Source: Oopsacas minuta (taxonomy: Eukaryota > Animalia > Porifera). From it: 64,000 bases of DNA. The stretch is taken from contig JAKMXF010000354.1 of assembly GCA_024704765.1 (NCBI GenBank), forward strand, positions 791,690 through 855,689, in the 5' to 3' direction. Positions within the stretch are counted from its first letter, which is position 1, and every line of letters starts with the position of its first letter. Below, piece by piece: positions 37,201-47,813 of this stretch. A program made the translations under genes and the position numbers. The notes under the pieces were generated by a model, which was given only the letters and a program-made list of their open reading frames with translations, ran no database searches and was not told the origin of the DNA.

Positions 37201-40200
37201 ACCTTCAAGCAATCACTTTCATGGTATGGGACTTTGGTGGACAAGATGAATTTCAACCAACACATCAGTGCTTCCTTTCCAAACGCTCAATTTATCTAGT
37301 TCTCTGGAACCTGACTAACAAAGAGGAAGGAATAGACGAGTTAAAGGGATGGCTACTCAACATACAAGCAAGAGCCCCTAATGCCCCAGTACTGATAGTC
37401 GGCACACATCTTGATCTATTAACTAAAACGGAGAGACAGCAAATCCCACAGATGAGAAAGAGTATTATGCAAAAGTACGGACATATTGACTTCAAACAAA
37501 AACCTGGCCTCCCTAACATAATTAACATTACAGAAGTCAGTACGGTAACTAACGAGAATGTTGATGACCTCAGAGATACTATCTACAACTCAGCTAGTCA
37601 TTTAACAGTAAATGGAACACTCTATAACGAAAATGATAAGATGAATCAGTCTAGACAGAAGCTACTCATGGATCAGCTGATCCCCTCTGCATATCTACAG
37701 ATGGAAGAGTGTATTAGAAAAATGGCGGTTAGATGTGCTCGTGAAGAATTGCCTAGGATAATGGAGGAGAGTGCATTCTTTGAAAACTTAAGTCAGATCG
37801 TAAAACAGATCCTAAACTATGATGACGTAACAAGAGAGATGGAACATGCCCTCAAGTTCCTTCATGACAACGGGTTCCTCCTGCACTATGAAGACGCACA
37901 ACTCAAAGATCTCTACTTCATAGACCCCCAGTGGCTCTGTGACCTGCTAGCACAAGTTGTCACAGTCCGAGAAATCAATCCGTATATCAAAGATGATGGG
38001 TTAATGCCGATAAACAGTATGTACCATCTTTTCAACAAACAAAAAGATTTCCCAGCTAAATATATTGACAAGTACATACAGTTATTGATCAAGTTTGAAG
38101 TTGTCTTGAAGCTAAATGAAGAGACTCTATTAATCCCATCCTTCCTCCAACCTAACAGACCACAGATAGAATATTTCTTTTATCCTGAAACAGATTATTT
38201 GCCTCCCATCAAGATACACATCATGGTAGATTATATACCAGGTGGGTTCTGGGCTAGATTAATAACTCGGATACTATCTGACGAAGCTATAAAAGACGCA
38301 ATTCTTTCTGGATGTGCTCCAGTACTAGTGGCAGATAAGTTGAACTGGGTAAAGTGGAGGAATGGACTGGAACTGAGTTGTTGTCTAGACGTAGGAGAAA
38401 TTTGTCTAGCAAAACTTTATGAGAAACAGGAGGATCAGCTGGGATTCAAAAGAAAAGAGAGAAAGGCTTGGATTAAATACGAAGCAGAGTTTGAAGAATA
38501 TACAGCTAGAGAATTTGAGACATACGCACTGATGCTAGAAATCCCTGATAACTTCCCTACACTACTCAAGTATAATAAAGAACAAGGACAAGTACTGGAG
38601 AAGATGCAAGATAAGATGAGAGCTACCATTCTTACAAAACTTACATACCATACAAAAGTTCTGATTGACGATTGGTATCAAGGTATGTCACCTGCAAAGA
38701 TCTTAATCAGCTGTCCATTCTGTTTATCACAAGGGAAGACAGATTTCAGTCGATACAGAGGAGTTGGGGAGATTGAAAAAATGGGTGACCCAATGGAAGT
38801 ATTAGAGAAATCTGGAATGATAAAATCGATGGAAGATGAAATGCAAAAACTAGACACAAATCTAGAAAACGTTTACTTCTTTTCACACGAGCACATTCTA
38901 GTTGAAACACAAAAATCAGTATTCCTGGAGTGTCCTAACCATGGTAAACTGCCTCTCAGTATCGTAGCTCCAGATGCGATATTCACTCATTTGGGAACAG
39001 AATTACTCGTGCATCCTACAAAACTAGCTGTATGTAAGCTACTGGGTAAGGGAGCATATGGACACGTGTACAAGGCCAGGATATGCTCAGATGATGGACC
39101 AGTGAGGGGATGTGCACATGGAGAGGGAGTAGCTGTGAAAATGATGGTAAAGTACAATGAACAACGAATAGAAGAAGCTATCACACAACTACAAGATTTG
39201 TGTCCAAAACTCAACAACTTTGGACTTCAAAACGAAAGGAAAATTAACTACAAAGTTTATGAAGAGGTTATGAACGCTCATGACGTAGTGTTCAAGGAAG
39301 CTTCGTATCTCTTATCACTAAAGAATCCATATGTGGTCAGCTTGATAGGAATCTGTCTCTTCCCAATTTCTCTAATTCTGGAACTAGCACCCATGAGTAG
39401 CCTCGAGAACCTGCTTTATGAGTACGACAAGAGGGGACTCAGACTCTCTCAAATGACTTGTCACCAAACAATACTACTTATCACTAAAGGACTCAAATTT
39501 ATACACAGAAAGAATGTAATTTATAGAGACTTAAAGGCCAGTAACGTTTTAGTTTGGAAGTTTCCTTTACCGACAGATGCAGAAGGTGCTTCTACGGATG
39601 TCAGTTTGAAGATATCTGACTATGGAGTAAGTCAATTCGCGAATTTCGGTGGATTGGGCTGGGCAGGAACACCTGGATATATGGCACCTGAGATTGTTAG
39701 TCATGTGGGGTCACAGCTTTACACAACAAAGGTTGATATATTCTCGCTGGGAATGACTATTTACGAGGTGATTACACTCCACCCACCTTTCTCAAACCTT
39801 CAAGACATAGCTGCTAACCAGGAGGTAGTCAACAATAACCGTCCCCTCCTCACAACCAAGGACACCTCCAGCTCTATTCTGATGCGTGAACTCATGGTAT
39901 GGTGCTGGCAACAAGACCCAGCCAAAAGACCCTCTGCTGAGGAGGTACATGAAGTTCTCAACTCGTGGGAATTTCTAGCACTACAAGGAGGGATAAAGCT
40001 TTTCAATAAAGGAGTAATATCATGTGCATCTGTGTTTTGTATTAACGAAATGCAGGTACCTGAATCTCCAATACAATCCTTAACATACAGAGACGTAGTG
40101 CCGGATATCGCGAGACAGAAGAGCAGCAGTTCAGAGTATGATACAGCTAATTTTGTGAATATAAAAATAGATACAAATGATGTTCAGTTGGAAGGCATTA

Positions 40201-41360
40201 ATGATCCCGTGGTGAATAAACCAGTGAGATCAGCTCTAAAGAAGAAAAATCTGAACCCTACTATTCGTCTCAGTGATTGTTTAATAAGAACAGAATCGAT
40301 ACAAGAGTCTATCCTACTAGAAACGCCTAATAAACAGATATGGGAAATATGGGTGTGTGGAGGAGGAAAGTACACCAGTCAGTTGTCTGTACTCAAATAC
40401 AAAGACAAATTTACATCAATTGAGGACATTTATCTGGGCTCAGCAGCTTGTACTTGCCTACGGAAAGTGAATGACCATATGTGGGTTGGTTTTGAAGAAG
40501 GATTTATTCAAATATTCGATGCTCGCAGTCGTAAGCTGAAAAAGAAGATCTGGATTGAGCCTGGTATTCCTGTTATCTGTATTGAATGGTGTAGTAAGCA
40601 ATTTATGGTACTTATTGTTGTAGCTAATGGAAATATATTCGAGCACTATGACAATATAGATCTGTTTGAATCGATTCACTATGAAGCTAGTTTATTTCCA
40701 TTCATTAACCAGCGGCCTTCAATTAGTCTAGCTATTACCATTTACAGTGCTGTATCAGTGTATTCTGAAAATGTAGGTAACTTTCTATGGCTAGGCATTG
40801 AACAGGGAAATATTCTTGTTGTGAATACGGACAATTGGAAGGTAGAAGAAATCGGGTTAAATATCGTAACAAGAAAATCAGTTCTCCCATGTGTGCATCT
40901 AGTAACAATGCCGAGTAAATCGCTAGTTTTTGGATCACTCTCCTACACGACCAATATCATAAAATGGAATGCAGAAACAATGCTATTCGAGAGTATGTGT
41001 GATGTGTCTTCATACAAAAATATTGGAAAGCGAGTAGAGGATGCTAGAGTCATAACTAATCTCCATACAGACAGTAGTAAAGTGTATGTAGGATTGAATG
41101 TTGGTACTATGTTGATTCTGAACACAGATCTTGCTGTATTAGCCTCCTATTACGGACATGAGGGCAGTATATCTCAGGTGCTGACACTAGAACACGAAGA
41201 GAGAGACGATAACATCCCAGAAGATAAGAAAAAGGTTCTTACATTTGGGCTTAACTACCACCGCTATTTTAACCGTAAGAAACAGATGGAAGACGGATCT
41301 CCTCAGAATCTACTGGTGTGGGAACTTGAAGATAATATATATACAAACTGTAAAATATAA
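34281..41360 (+). CDS. LRRK1: ROCO kinase, LRRK1-like (ankyrin - LRR - Roc - COR - kinase - WD40-like), single exon, 2359 aa
   Basis: Ankyrin repeats (TPLHAACEHG, TALHRA); LRRs; Roc P-loop GMQKRGKSTLL and WDFGGQDEF; COR (YFIDPQWLCDLLAQVV, PGGFWARLI); kinase GKGAYG, VAVK, YRDLKASN, DYG (ROCO hallmark), GTPGYMAPE. Confidence 0.9.
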   Translation: MDASNEYEQFDTEAFDGSFELKRLEILVINAICNNEVDQLVRILEYGADPCLETRFLNNLNYPSDEWRAVHVAAVKGRLECLKVLVKCGARTNMLLSNGTKTSSLAESRGHTDLVVFLKQVEEQDNRDVEQQIHSLKDLMQACSDGVPVNTLNMLLNALLNNCNPLFWKFENGDSPMLAVCRTGDLEKLGALVRRGSPALFCMRRLDNQHTPLHAACEHGQIEVIRVLLYFWPQLLNMKSSEGATALVIAVSCLHLEVIVELIQIAKTREDFKNFTKTYNPPIPDLESKHEDIIPILEFNAQDATGNTALHRAILQKSQKVVNILTELEHIDLDIKNSGEQTPLHMAIEGQLYGVVERLLTKKANTKIKSYFNTCHYYPLTVATLLNDNAMLKLLLSHNIHYGLQEASKFAIDLYPELLVTLLSYNAHIDEELLDDTSDRYVDANLRRPEFAIFCNFTKYSLRDLQVDTLTESLLNLSQKFVMTIPGIVIPPQDLIKYVTKVDVSNNFLTSVPECFYSLNNLFNLDLSFNKITSFTPEPGKWLQLSYLSLANNQLKTLHPELFKLPQLRYCNVNNNELLNLPRQMWIAPVLNKLMLKNNKIQNLPEDIPLNTNSQSMSCFRTSESMDSPVSGEQKFHSRTTIFTKGLQFDFTKTTSCLPKALTHLNLAENILTDLPEELPCLCPDLQVLNLSCNNLTGVSFPTCFPASLLDLNLSSNKITSINCTQDIKLKHKCARQPIDYSASTDLEDFTCNHRNHTGLQRLSRLDLSKNKLNTLNLHPPEKGDKHTEQQQGRRETHENKKKKDKNLICPLLTCLYLSHNELEQVPESVCDTRTLTALHIDENPILELPPKLGQLLNLFQLDRTGLQLVFPPQNILDKNVKDIIGFLWSLQKEAKPYHRIRLMLVGMQKRGKSTLLGKLSDRGTYRTTKSTWQLQRRPKSNQSLATPGISISEWTYMPKMRKMFLGAKNSQLDLQAITFMVWDFGGQDEFQPTHQCFLSKRSIYLVLWNLTNKEEGIDELKGWLLNIQARAPNAPVLIVGTHLDLLTKTERQQIPQMRKSIMQKYGHIDFKQKPGLPNIINITEVSTVTNENVDDLRDTIYNSASHLTVNGTLYNENDKMNQSRQKLLMDQLIPSAYLQMEECIRKMAVRCAREELPRIMEESAFFENLSQIVKQILNYDDVTREMEHALKFLHDNGFLLHYEDAQLKDLYFIDPQWLCDLLAQVVTVREINPYIKDDGLMPINSMYHLFNKQKDFPAKYIDKYIQLLIKFEVVLKLNEETLLIPSFLQPNRPQIEYFFYPETDYLPPIKIHIMVDYIPGGFWARLITRILSDEAIKDAILSGCAPVLVADKLNWVKWRNGLELSCCLDVGEICLAKLYEKQEDQLGFKRKERKAWIKYEAEFEEYTAREFETYALMLEIPDNFPTLLKYNKEQGQVLEKMQDKMRATILTKLTYHTKVLIDDWYQGMSPAKILISCPFCLSQGKTDFSRYRGVGEIEKMGDPMEVLEKSGMIKSMEDEMQKLDTNLENVYFFSHEHILVETQKSVFLECPNHGKLPLSIVAPDAIFTHLGTELLVHPTKLAVCKLLGKGAYGHVYKARICSDDGPVRGCAHGEGVAVKMMVKYNEQRIEEAITQLQDLCPKLNNFGLQNERKINYKVYEEVMNAHDVVFKEASYLLSLKNPYVVSLIGICLFPISLILELAPMSSLENLLYEYDKRGLRLSQMTCHQTILLITKGLKFIHRKNVIYRDLKASNVLVWKFPLPTDAEGASTDVSLKISDYGVSQFANFGGLGWAGTPGYMAPEIVSHVGSQLYTTKVDIFSLGMTIYEVITLHPPFSNLQDIAANQEVVNNNRPLLTTKDTSSSILMRELMVWCWQQDPAKRPSAEEVHEVLNSWEFLALQGGIKLFNKGVISCASVFCINEMQVPESPIQSLTYRDVVPDIARQKSSSSEYDTANFVNIKIDTNDVQLEGINDPVVNKPVRSALKKKNLNPTIRLSDCLIRTESIQESILLETPNKQIWEIWVCGGGKYTSQLSVLKYKDKFTSIEDIYLGSAACTCLRKVNDHMWVGFEEGFIQIFDARSRKLKKKIWIEPGIPVICIEWCSKQFMVLIVVANGNIFEHYDNIDLFESIHYEASLFPFINQRPSISLAITIYSAVSVYSENVGNFLWLGIEQGNILVVNTDNWKVEEIGLNIVTRKSVLPCVHLVTMPSKSLVFGSLSYTTNIIKWNAETMLFESMCDVSSYKNIGKRVEDARVITNLHTDSSKVYVGLNVGTMLILNTDLAVLASYYGHEGSISQVLTLEHEERDDNIPEDKKKVLTFGLNYHRYFNRKKQMEDGSPQNLLVWELEDNIYTNCKI

Positions 41361-41859
41361 ATATAGTATTTGGTATCTGTTTGTTGTCAATAATAATAAT
41401 TAGCTGCGATAGAACTCACGTTTTAGATCTTTGAATGCGTTTGTTTGAAATATCTTTTCTCTAAGCTAATAATTATGAAAGAAAGAAATATTATGATCTA
41501 TAAAGAGATTAATATTGAGTAAATAAATAGAAATAATAGAATAAAACGAGCCTAGTATGACCTTATACAATTGTAGGGTGAAGGAAACATCTCACAATTG
41601 AAAGCACTTAGACCTAATGAGGAAATGGAATGTATAGAATGTGTAAGTACATACACCAGGCTATACGTGGCACTATGATTATATACATATTTGAACAAGA
41701 GGTGAATATAATATATAAGGTATAACTTATTGAGTCGAGGAGAGCTTGAAAGGATTCTAGAATTGTTAGGAAAACAAACTAGTTAATCCGATAAAGAATT
41801 CGAAAAACTATGCAAATTGTCGCTAGGAGATTTGTTGCCAATGTTTAATGACGGAATAT

Positions 41860-43857
41860 TTAAGTATGTGTGAGTCCTAGTAACCAAGGTTGCGGATTGA
41901 AATGTGTTCCAAACGAGAAACAATTCCCACCTCCCCCTATTACTAACAGCTGTCGTCCCTTATCCACTAGCTCTGCACTGAAGTTGTAAGGCAAAAAACT
42001 TCTAAGAGGGGAATAGAGTGAACAAAGGTTTGTATCTGTCCAAGAACGATTATCTAAGTTGATTACAAGAAGGTGATAATAACAAGGTGAGTGTAGCTCC
42101 ACACCTCCTAATGAGTAGATTATGGAACCCTTTATAACAGCAGAATGCGAGTATCGAGCAGGGAGAGGGGGATCGAATTGTACACAATTCCACACAGGAG
42201 ATATCTCCTTATAAGGTAGCATAAGCAGGTGAGATGAAGGTGTTAACATTCGCGTTAATCCTCCATACACAATCAATAAATCATTCCAAATAACTGCAGT
42301 ATGAGAATGAACCTGAGCTAAATAACCTGAATCCTTTGATAGCATTAATCTCCATGAGTGTGTACTCATATCTAATAACCATGTATCACTATGTACCAAG
42401 CCTCCTAAACTAACACCACCATGAATAAGTAGAGATACACTACTCTCTGATACCACTGTGTTGGCAGAATGTCTCCATCTGGGTTCTGGAGTTACGTCAC
42501 CAAGACTGAGCTTATTCCAAAAATACTGTTTCTCTTCGCTAACACAGTCTAGGGACAGGAGATAAGTGTGAATATTTGGAGCTTTAGGAGATTTCCTCCC
42601 ACCCACAAGCACTATAGACCCATCCGGTAGAGTACTAAGGGTGCAGTGCATTAGACCACCAGGGCCCTCTCCTCTGATTTCAACTGGGACACATTTACAG
42701 TCAATGCTTTTGCCACTAAATGATAACCTGACTTCTGCGGAGCTATTCACCCTCCCATGAATCCCACCACTCCCATATCCTCCAAATAAGAACACAGACT
42801 CTGTTACAGGGTTATAACATGAGGCGTGACTGTGTCGTAACAGCAGTGCTGAGTGTGGGAGGGATTGATATGTGAGATAAGAAGGAGATAGAGTAGAGAG
42901 GGTAGAGTGAGAGGATACGGGATCACTGGGAGGGGATAGTGAAGCAATAAACTCTGTACCCTTCGCCCTCCCTGCTAGCAGTACCGTGTAGTGATTACAC
43001 TTCTGATGCCATTCTTCATACTCGTCAAACGGCTCTAAGCTCTGTATTCTGATAACCTCATCCTCTAGAAGAGAGGTGTGGTTGTAGAAGAATGAATTCA
43101 TATCCACTGATCTCACGTGCTCATAAGCTAGATGTAGGAATCGAGTTTCTTGCTCCAGAGGGGTCTCATAATCAGCTGCAGTGTAGAGAAGAGATCCTAT
43201 ACTCTGATAGTGATGCATCATAACTAGTCCGAATGGATCATGTGTATACACCTGCTCATATATAAAGAAACATAGGTTTGGGAAGTTTAGTGCAGCCCAT
43301 TTTATGAGACGAGAGGATTGAGAGGGTCGCATATATGTGAGCACTACTTCTGAGACGAATAAGGTTGGGAGCAATAAGTCGAAGTCTGGGATAGCTCGCA
43401 ATTTAGAGAGGAGAGCTTTTGTGTCTCTTAAATCCTGTCCTAATAAATAACATCCATCTCCATCATACCCTGAAGCAGTTAGCAGCCTCTTCTTGTTCTC
43501 CATAACGAGTGGGAAATCAACCTCCACAAACGTTACACCTTCTACCAACCCCTCACTCCTCAGACGGAGATAAGCAGTATCAAATCCAGCTCCTAGCACG
43601 ACTATCTGTGTTCTCACCCCACTACTCCTTCCCCATCTACAGAACGAGGTCAGCACGTGTTGAATAGCTCTGTTACGGATATAGTAGCCCCAGTGGATAA
43701 TTGGAGCACGACGACTCAACTTAGACACGAAGTGCTTGACAAACGGGTCAGCAAAATAGCCAGCTTGACAAGTAGAGCATTTGCTAACCATACTGTAGTC
43801 ATTAGTACCTTGTACAGCGTTTGGTTTGAGAAGAGAGAGAGGTGGAATGGAAGACAT
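41860..43857 (-). CDS. LCMT2: Leucine carboxyl methyltransferase 2 / tRNA wybutosine-synthesizing protein 4 (LCM + Kelch)
   Basis: AVQGTNDYSMVSK...GYFADPF...RRAPIIHWGYYIR, QIVVLGAGFDTAYLRL, EPFDEYEEWHQKCNHY, then Kelch-like repeats (GGRKSP, PRWRHSA, ARYSHSA), GGGGNCFSFGTHFN. Confidence 0.95.
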   Translation of the reverse strand: MSSIPPLSLLKPNAVQGTNDYSMVSKCSTCQAGYFADPFVKHFVSKLSRRAPIIHWGYYIRNRAIQHVLTSFCRWGRSSGVRTQIVVLGAGFDTAYLRLRSEGLVEGVTFVEVDFPLVMENKKRLLTASGYDGDGCYLLGQDLRDTKALLSKLRAIPDFDLLLPTLFVSEVVLTYMRPSQSSRLIKWAALNFPNLCFFIYEQVYTHDPFGLVMMHHYQSIGSLLYTAADYETPLEQETRFLHLAYEHVRSVDMNSFFYNHTSLLEDEVIRIQSLEPFDEYEEWHQKCNHYTVLLAGRAKGTEFIASLSPPSDPVSSHSTLSTLSPSYLTYQSLPHSALLLRHSHASCYNPVTESVFLFGGYGSGGIHGRVNSSAEVRLSFSGKSIDCKCVPVEIRGEGPGGLMHCTLSTLPDGSIVLVGGRKSPKAPNIHTYLLSLDCVSEEKQYFWNKLSLGDVTPEPRWRHSANTVVSESSVSLLIHGGVSLGGLVHSDTWLLDMSTHSWRLMLSKDSGYLAQVHSHTAVIWNDLLIVYGGLTRMLTPSSHLLMLPYKEISPVWNCVQFDPPLPARYSHSAVIKGSIIYSLGGVELHSPCYYHLLVINLDNRSWTDTNLCSLYSPLRSFLPYNFSAELVDKGRQLLVIGGGGNCFSFGTHFNPQPWLLGLTHT

Positions 43858-44821
43858 GAGATAGATAGCGGGAGAGATTACTACAAGTTAGCATATAATG
43901 CGAAAATATTGGGTCAATGGATGGAATTACGATAGCCAATATTGTTCACAAATATTCCTATAAATATAGTAGTAGAATTTTGTGCTAATTACAAAGAAAT
44001 GTACTGAAGAATCCTTATAAGAATTGCTATCGCCGGGAACAAATACCGTCAAAATCTCAAATGGTGTATGGACAATACAGAGCAAAACAAACATTTCCAA
44101 ATTGAATAGTAACTTATCTACTGAGCTGAACACAATGCAATCATTAGCAAAAATATATAATAATAAGCCATATGAAGTAATATACTTGTTTCCAATCCCC
44201 ACCCGCCCAAATTTTGTCCCCTGTCCGGAAGGATTGCATTTATATTTTTCCAAATTTATAGCTTATTCTTTGGTTAAAACATTATGCAATCCACATTTTA
44301 CTACTAGTATATTAAAAAATTCAATTATTTTATACCCAGAAAGAATGTGATGAGACAATTGAAGGGTCATCTTATTAACATATTAACTGGCGATAAAAAA
44401 TAAAAATAAAAAAAGTCCGCCGTCCCAGTTTCCGAAGAAATTCCGGATGAGAAACAAGTAAATTATCTCACATGGCCTAATCCTACTTTATATTTAGCTG
44501 GAGTATTTATAAATCAAGGAATGTCACTTCACAACATAACACGGGTGACGATATCCTTAGCTGAAATATGGGCAGTAAAGAAAAAGAACGATGCCATACT
44601 TCAAAGGGAAACATGTAAATTGAGTCTGTATAATGTAATAATATCTGTATTTAAATAATTAGATCACTCAAGGGTCACATCAAAGTTTAGTTTTGTACAG
44701 AAATAAATTATGAAAACAGTTAAAAGGTGTAAAGTCGTAGTTTACGGTAAAGTATATTACGCGACATATTCCATAAACTATAATAAATAACAATTTCCAA
44801 TCTCCAAATAATGCACAGTAA

Positions 44822-46162
44822 TTATCCAAAATATACAATTCCTGATGTAAAGTCTAACCAAGCACCAAGTGAATTGAAAATGTACAGATCTGCTAAAGTG
44901 AATGTGAGGTTAGTGAGAAGGATCAGGAAATAGTTTCCAGTGTTATGTTCACAAGGGATCGGACAGGGACGAGACTTCACGCAAATGCTAAGTGTATCAG
45001 CCAAGTAATTGCGAATCGTATTCTCACACATTGCTAATAGCAAGATTGTGAAGATGATAAAATATACAATTTTTAGTGATGCCATAAATTCTAACTCTAA
45101 ATTGTAGATGTAGAGAGAAGCCTTGAGCTCGGTAGTTACAATTATTCCAGCCAGAATGTAGGAAATTACAGCAGCAATTGGGCGGCCGAATATGTGAAAA
45201 GGAAAGTAGATATAGGTCCTGATAAAGTTTAGGCAGGGGATGTTCCAGTTGAATAGGATGTCTAGAAACGAGTGAGGTAGCTCTGTATGTATAGGTTTGG
45301 AAACAGAGAAGGATACTTTGTTTGGATTGAATAAAAGTAGTGTAGATATCTGCTGGGTCCCTGAAGATACAAGAGTCAGCTGTTGTAGCGAGTTTAGCGA
45401 ATATTTAAGGGAGCGGATTCCGAAGAAGACACAAAGAGTTGGAATTGGGAGAAGGTCACTTACTTTTACAAGAGCTATCCCTACAGCCATAAATAGCACT
45501 GATAATATGGCAGATGACGTCAACGTCAAGATACGCTTAGAGTTTGTATTCTTGAGTAAAGTGATCGTTTGATGTTCTTTGAGTGTGATGAATGGACCTA
45601 GGAGTATATTAGCAGGCGAAAAGAGATAGCCAAGATATTCAATAAATGTTGGTATAAGTTTGAAATCTACATCTGAAACCAAAATGGAGGATCGAGATCT
45701 CTTGGATAAAGAAATTTTTTGTTTTCGAATGTCCTGAGGTAAAGAATATATTTTCATGAATAACGTTAGGAATGTTATTTGAGATAAAAATGGCTGTGTA
45801 GATAAATATCCGATGAAAGGCCATGTTTCTACATGATATCCGGTAGAATGTAATGATACTAGGAAGTATGCAGTTACAGGTAAGAACAGGGAGAGTATGA
45901 TCCGTGCTCCTCTTAGAAACAGAATTAAGTAGGAAAGAGTTGCAATGAGGAGGTAGGAATAGATAATATGGTTCACAGCTCCGAATGCAAGAAACAGTGT
46001 AATTACACCGGATATAGTGAGTAGGATGTTACATTTATTGGGCGATATTTTGAGAATATTGATGATATGGAAAATACAGATTGGGATGATTATAAATGGT
46101 AGAAGAGTGGATAAATGTCCAATAATTCTAAGGAATGTCATTAATGTTAATTCTTTTAGCAT
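44822..46162 (-). CDS. PORCN: Porcupine-like MBOAT membrane protein, catalytic His absent (candidate pseudoenzyme)
   Basis: EYLGYLFSPANILLGPFI, VSKPIHTELPHSFLDILFNWNIP and LADTLSICVKSRPCPIPCEH align with PORCN ([43 protein letters not shown]). Hydrophobic, multi-pass. Confidence 0.75.
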   Translation of the reverse strand: MLKELTLMTFLRIIGHLSTLLPFIIIPICIFHIINILKISPNKCNILLTISGVITLFLAFGAVNHIIYSYLLIATLSYLILFLRGARIILSLFLPVTAYFLVSLHSTGYHVETWPFIGYLSTQPFLSQITFLTLFMKIYSLPQDIRKQKISLSKRSRSSILVSDVDFKLIPTFIEYLGYLFSPANILLGPFITLKEHQTITLLKNTNSKRILTLTSSAILSVLFMAVGIALVKVSDLLPIPTLCVFFGIRSLKYSLNSLQQLTLVSSGTQQISTLLLFNPNKVSFSVSKPIHTELPHSFLDILFNWNIPCLNFIRTYIYFPFHIFGRPIAAVISYILAGIIVTTELKASLYIYNLELEFMASLKIVYFIIFTILLLAMCENTIRNYLADTLSICVKSRPCPIPCEHNTGNYFLILLTNLTFTLADLYIFNSLGAWLDFTSGIVYFG

Positions 46163-47813
46163 TCTGACAGATGTATCTAGCTGAAATAATCAACATTGAA
46201 TTAGGTGTACAATTAACACAGAGCCTAGAAAAGATTGCCTTACCCACTCCAGTTCCTATAACCCTGCAATTACAATTATTGAGGGGGAGCTGGATAGGGT
46301 GTCTATATAAGGACACATGATTTTAAATTATATATCAAGTATATATAATCGGGATTCATTCTTTACAAATGCATTCAATTTAGACTGGACACTTCCATAT
46401 GGACGCAGATTGCCAAAGAATATCTAATTGCCTCCAAATAACGTCAACTGTCAAGTGAGTTATTAATATATTGGCTATATTTGTGGCGTTCCTTTCTATA
46501 CATAATCTAATAAAATCAAAACTGAATTGTGTTAGACATAATGTTAGTGGTTAACATTCGAGTACTATCTCTATCTAATCGTCTTCTTGTCGAATCGATT
46601 CACTTACTACAATATATGTCTCGTGTTTTGGAGATAGAGCAACAAATACTATAGGACTCTGTGATACCTTGTCAGTTAGTACTATTCGCTGTCTGAAAGT
46701 CCTATAACTCTGCATTCCATTCTTCCACTTATGTATTTCATCGTTCCGCCATATAATGTAATGGTTTCGCCATAGATTGTATAACAATACAAGAACTTTG
46801 TGTTTTAGAGTTTCTTATAACAATTCAGACCTTTGTGAATTTAATTAGTTTCTTGTGAAAATGACTGATCATCATTTCTTATTCTTTATACTTTCCCTCA
46901 CACAACTTACCAATAATCTCATTATTTTATCCTATTTTTGGAAGCATCATCATCTTCTTGTGATTGGTTATCATTCAGCAGACGAAATTGTATTACTATA
47001 TACTGTATAGACTGTCTATACTGAGTGACCCTTGTGTAGTTGACACATGAGCCATAAGATTGATCGAAACCTAACCAACGGGACCCTCTCCTACACCCAC
47101 GAAATGAAATGATGTTCATTTTATTTCTCTGATTTCTTTTCTAATTATGTGTAATTTTCCTTAATTACTTATAAAGATAGAGCAATATACACTCAGTCAC
47201 TTACTATAATAAGCTACATACAAACACGTTGTCTTGTCTTGTGTATGATTGCCCTCCAGACTAGATTGTAATCATTTTACAGTCTTATTTGTTAATCAAT
47301 ATCCTTAAAATCCACGAAGGGAATCTATAGTTTTTCAAACAAAACAGCTGTTAATATGACTATCTCATTAATTTATAGAAATCTTAGATATTAATTGGCG
47401 ATAATCGTTATTTTCATATCACGATGATAGACACTCGGTGAAATATTTCTTATATCAGGACAGAGTTCGATGGTAAAAGGTTTGTACTTATTTACATCGA
47501 CTTCCTTTTATATATTAACATGATCTGTATATTGTTAATATAAGAATTCAGTATACAAAATTTCGCGTGAAGTACCATGTTTCTACACTTTCAAACTGAG
47601 TCCCTTTCTTTTGTTATTATGAATACTTTCAGCATCACACTATGAAGAGCAAGCCGTATAACATGGGAATCCGGTTCTTCACTTTGCGATTAACTATTCT
47701 ATTATTAATCAAATGAACTCTTCTATGTTCAATAGGTAATACTTGTCAATATAAATATCTGCTAACTGCGGACTAAATAATGGTTGGATATTTGGCTTTA
47801 AGTAAACTACAAG

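Noticed and set aside
43927-44350. Two overlapping 108-aa ORFs on opposite strands; the minus one is hydrophobic and faintly GPCR-like
   Set aside because: No recognisable motif or supporting splice partners; expected by chance in AT-rich DNA.
45091-45139. Possible intron (GTAACT...AG) in the Porcupine-like ORF that might restore the active site
   Set aside because: Candidate lengths of 43 and 49 nt both break the frame, and no His codon would be brought into position.
46575-47119. Two short minus-strand ORFs upstream of the Porcupine-like gene
   Set aside because: Could not be spliced into a coherent protein and no family motif was seen; possibly decayed sequence.
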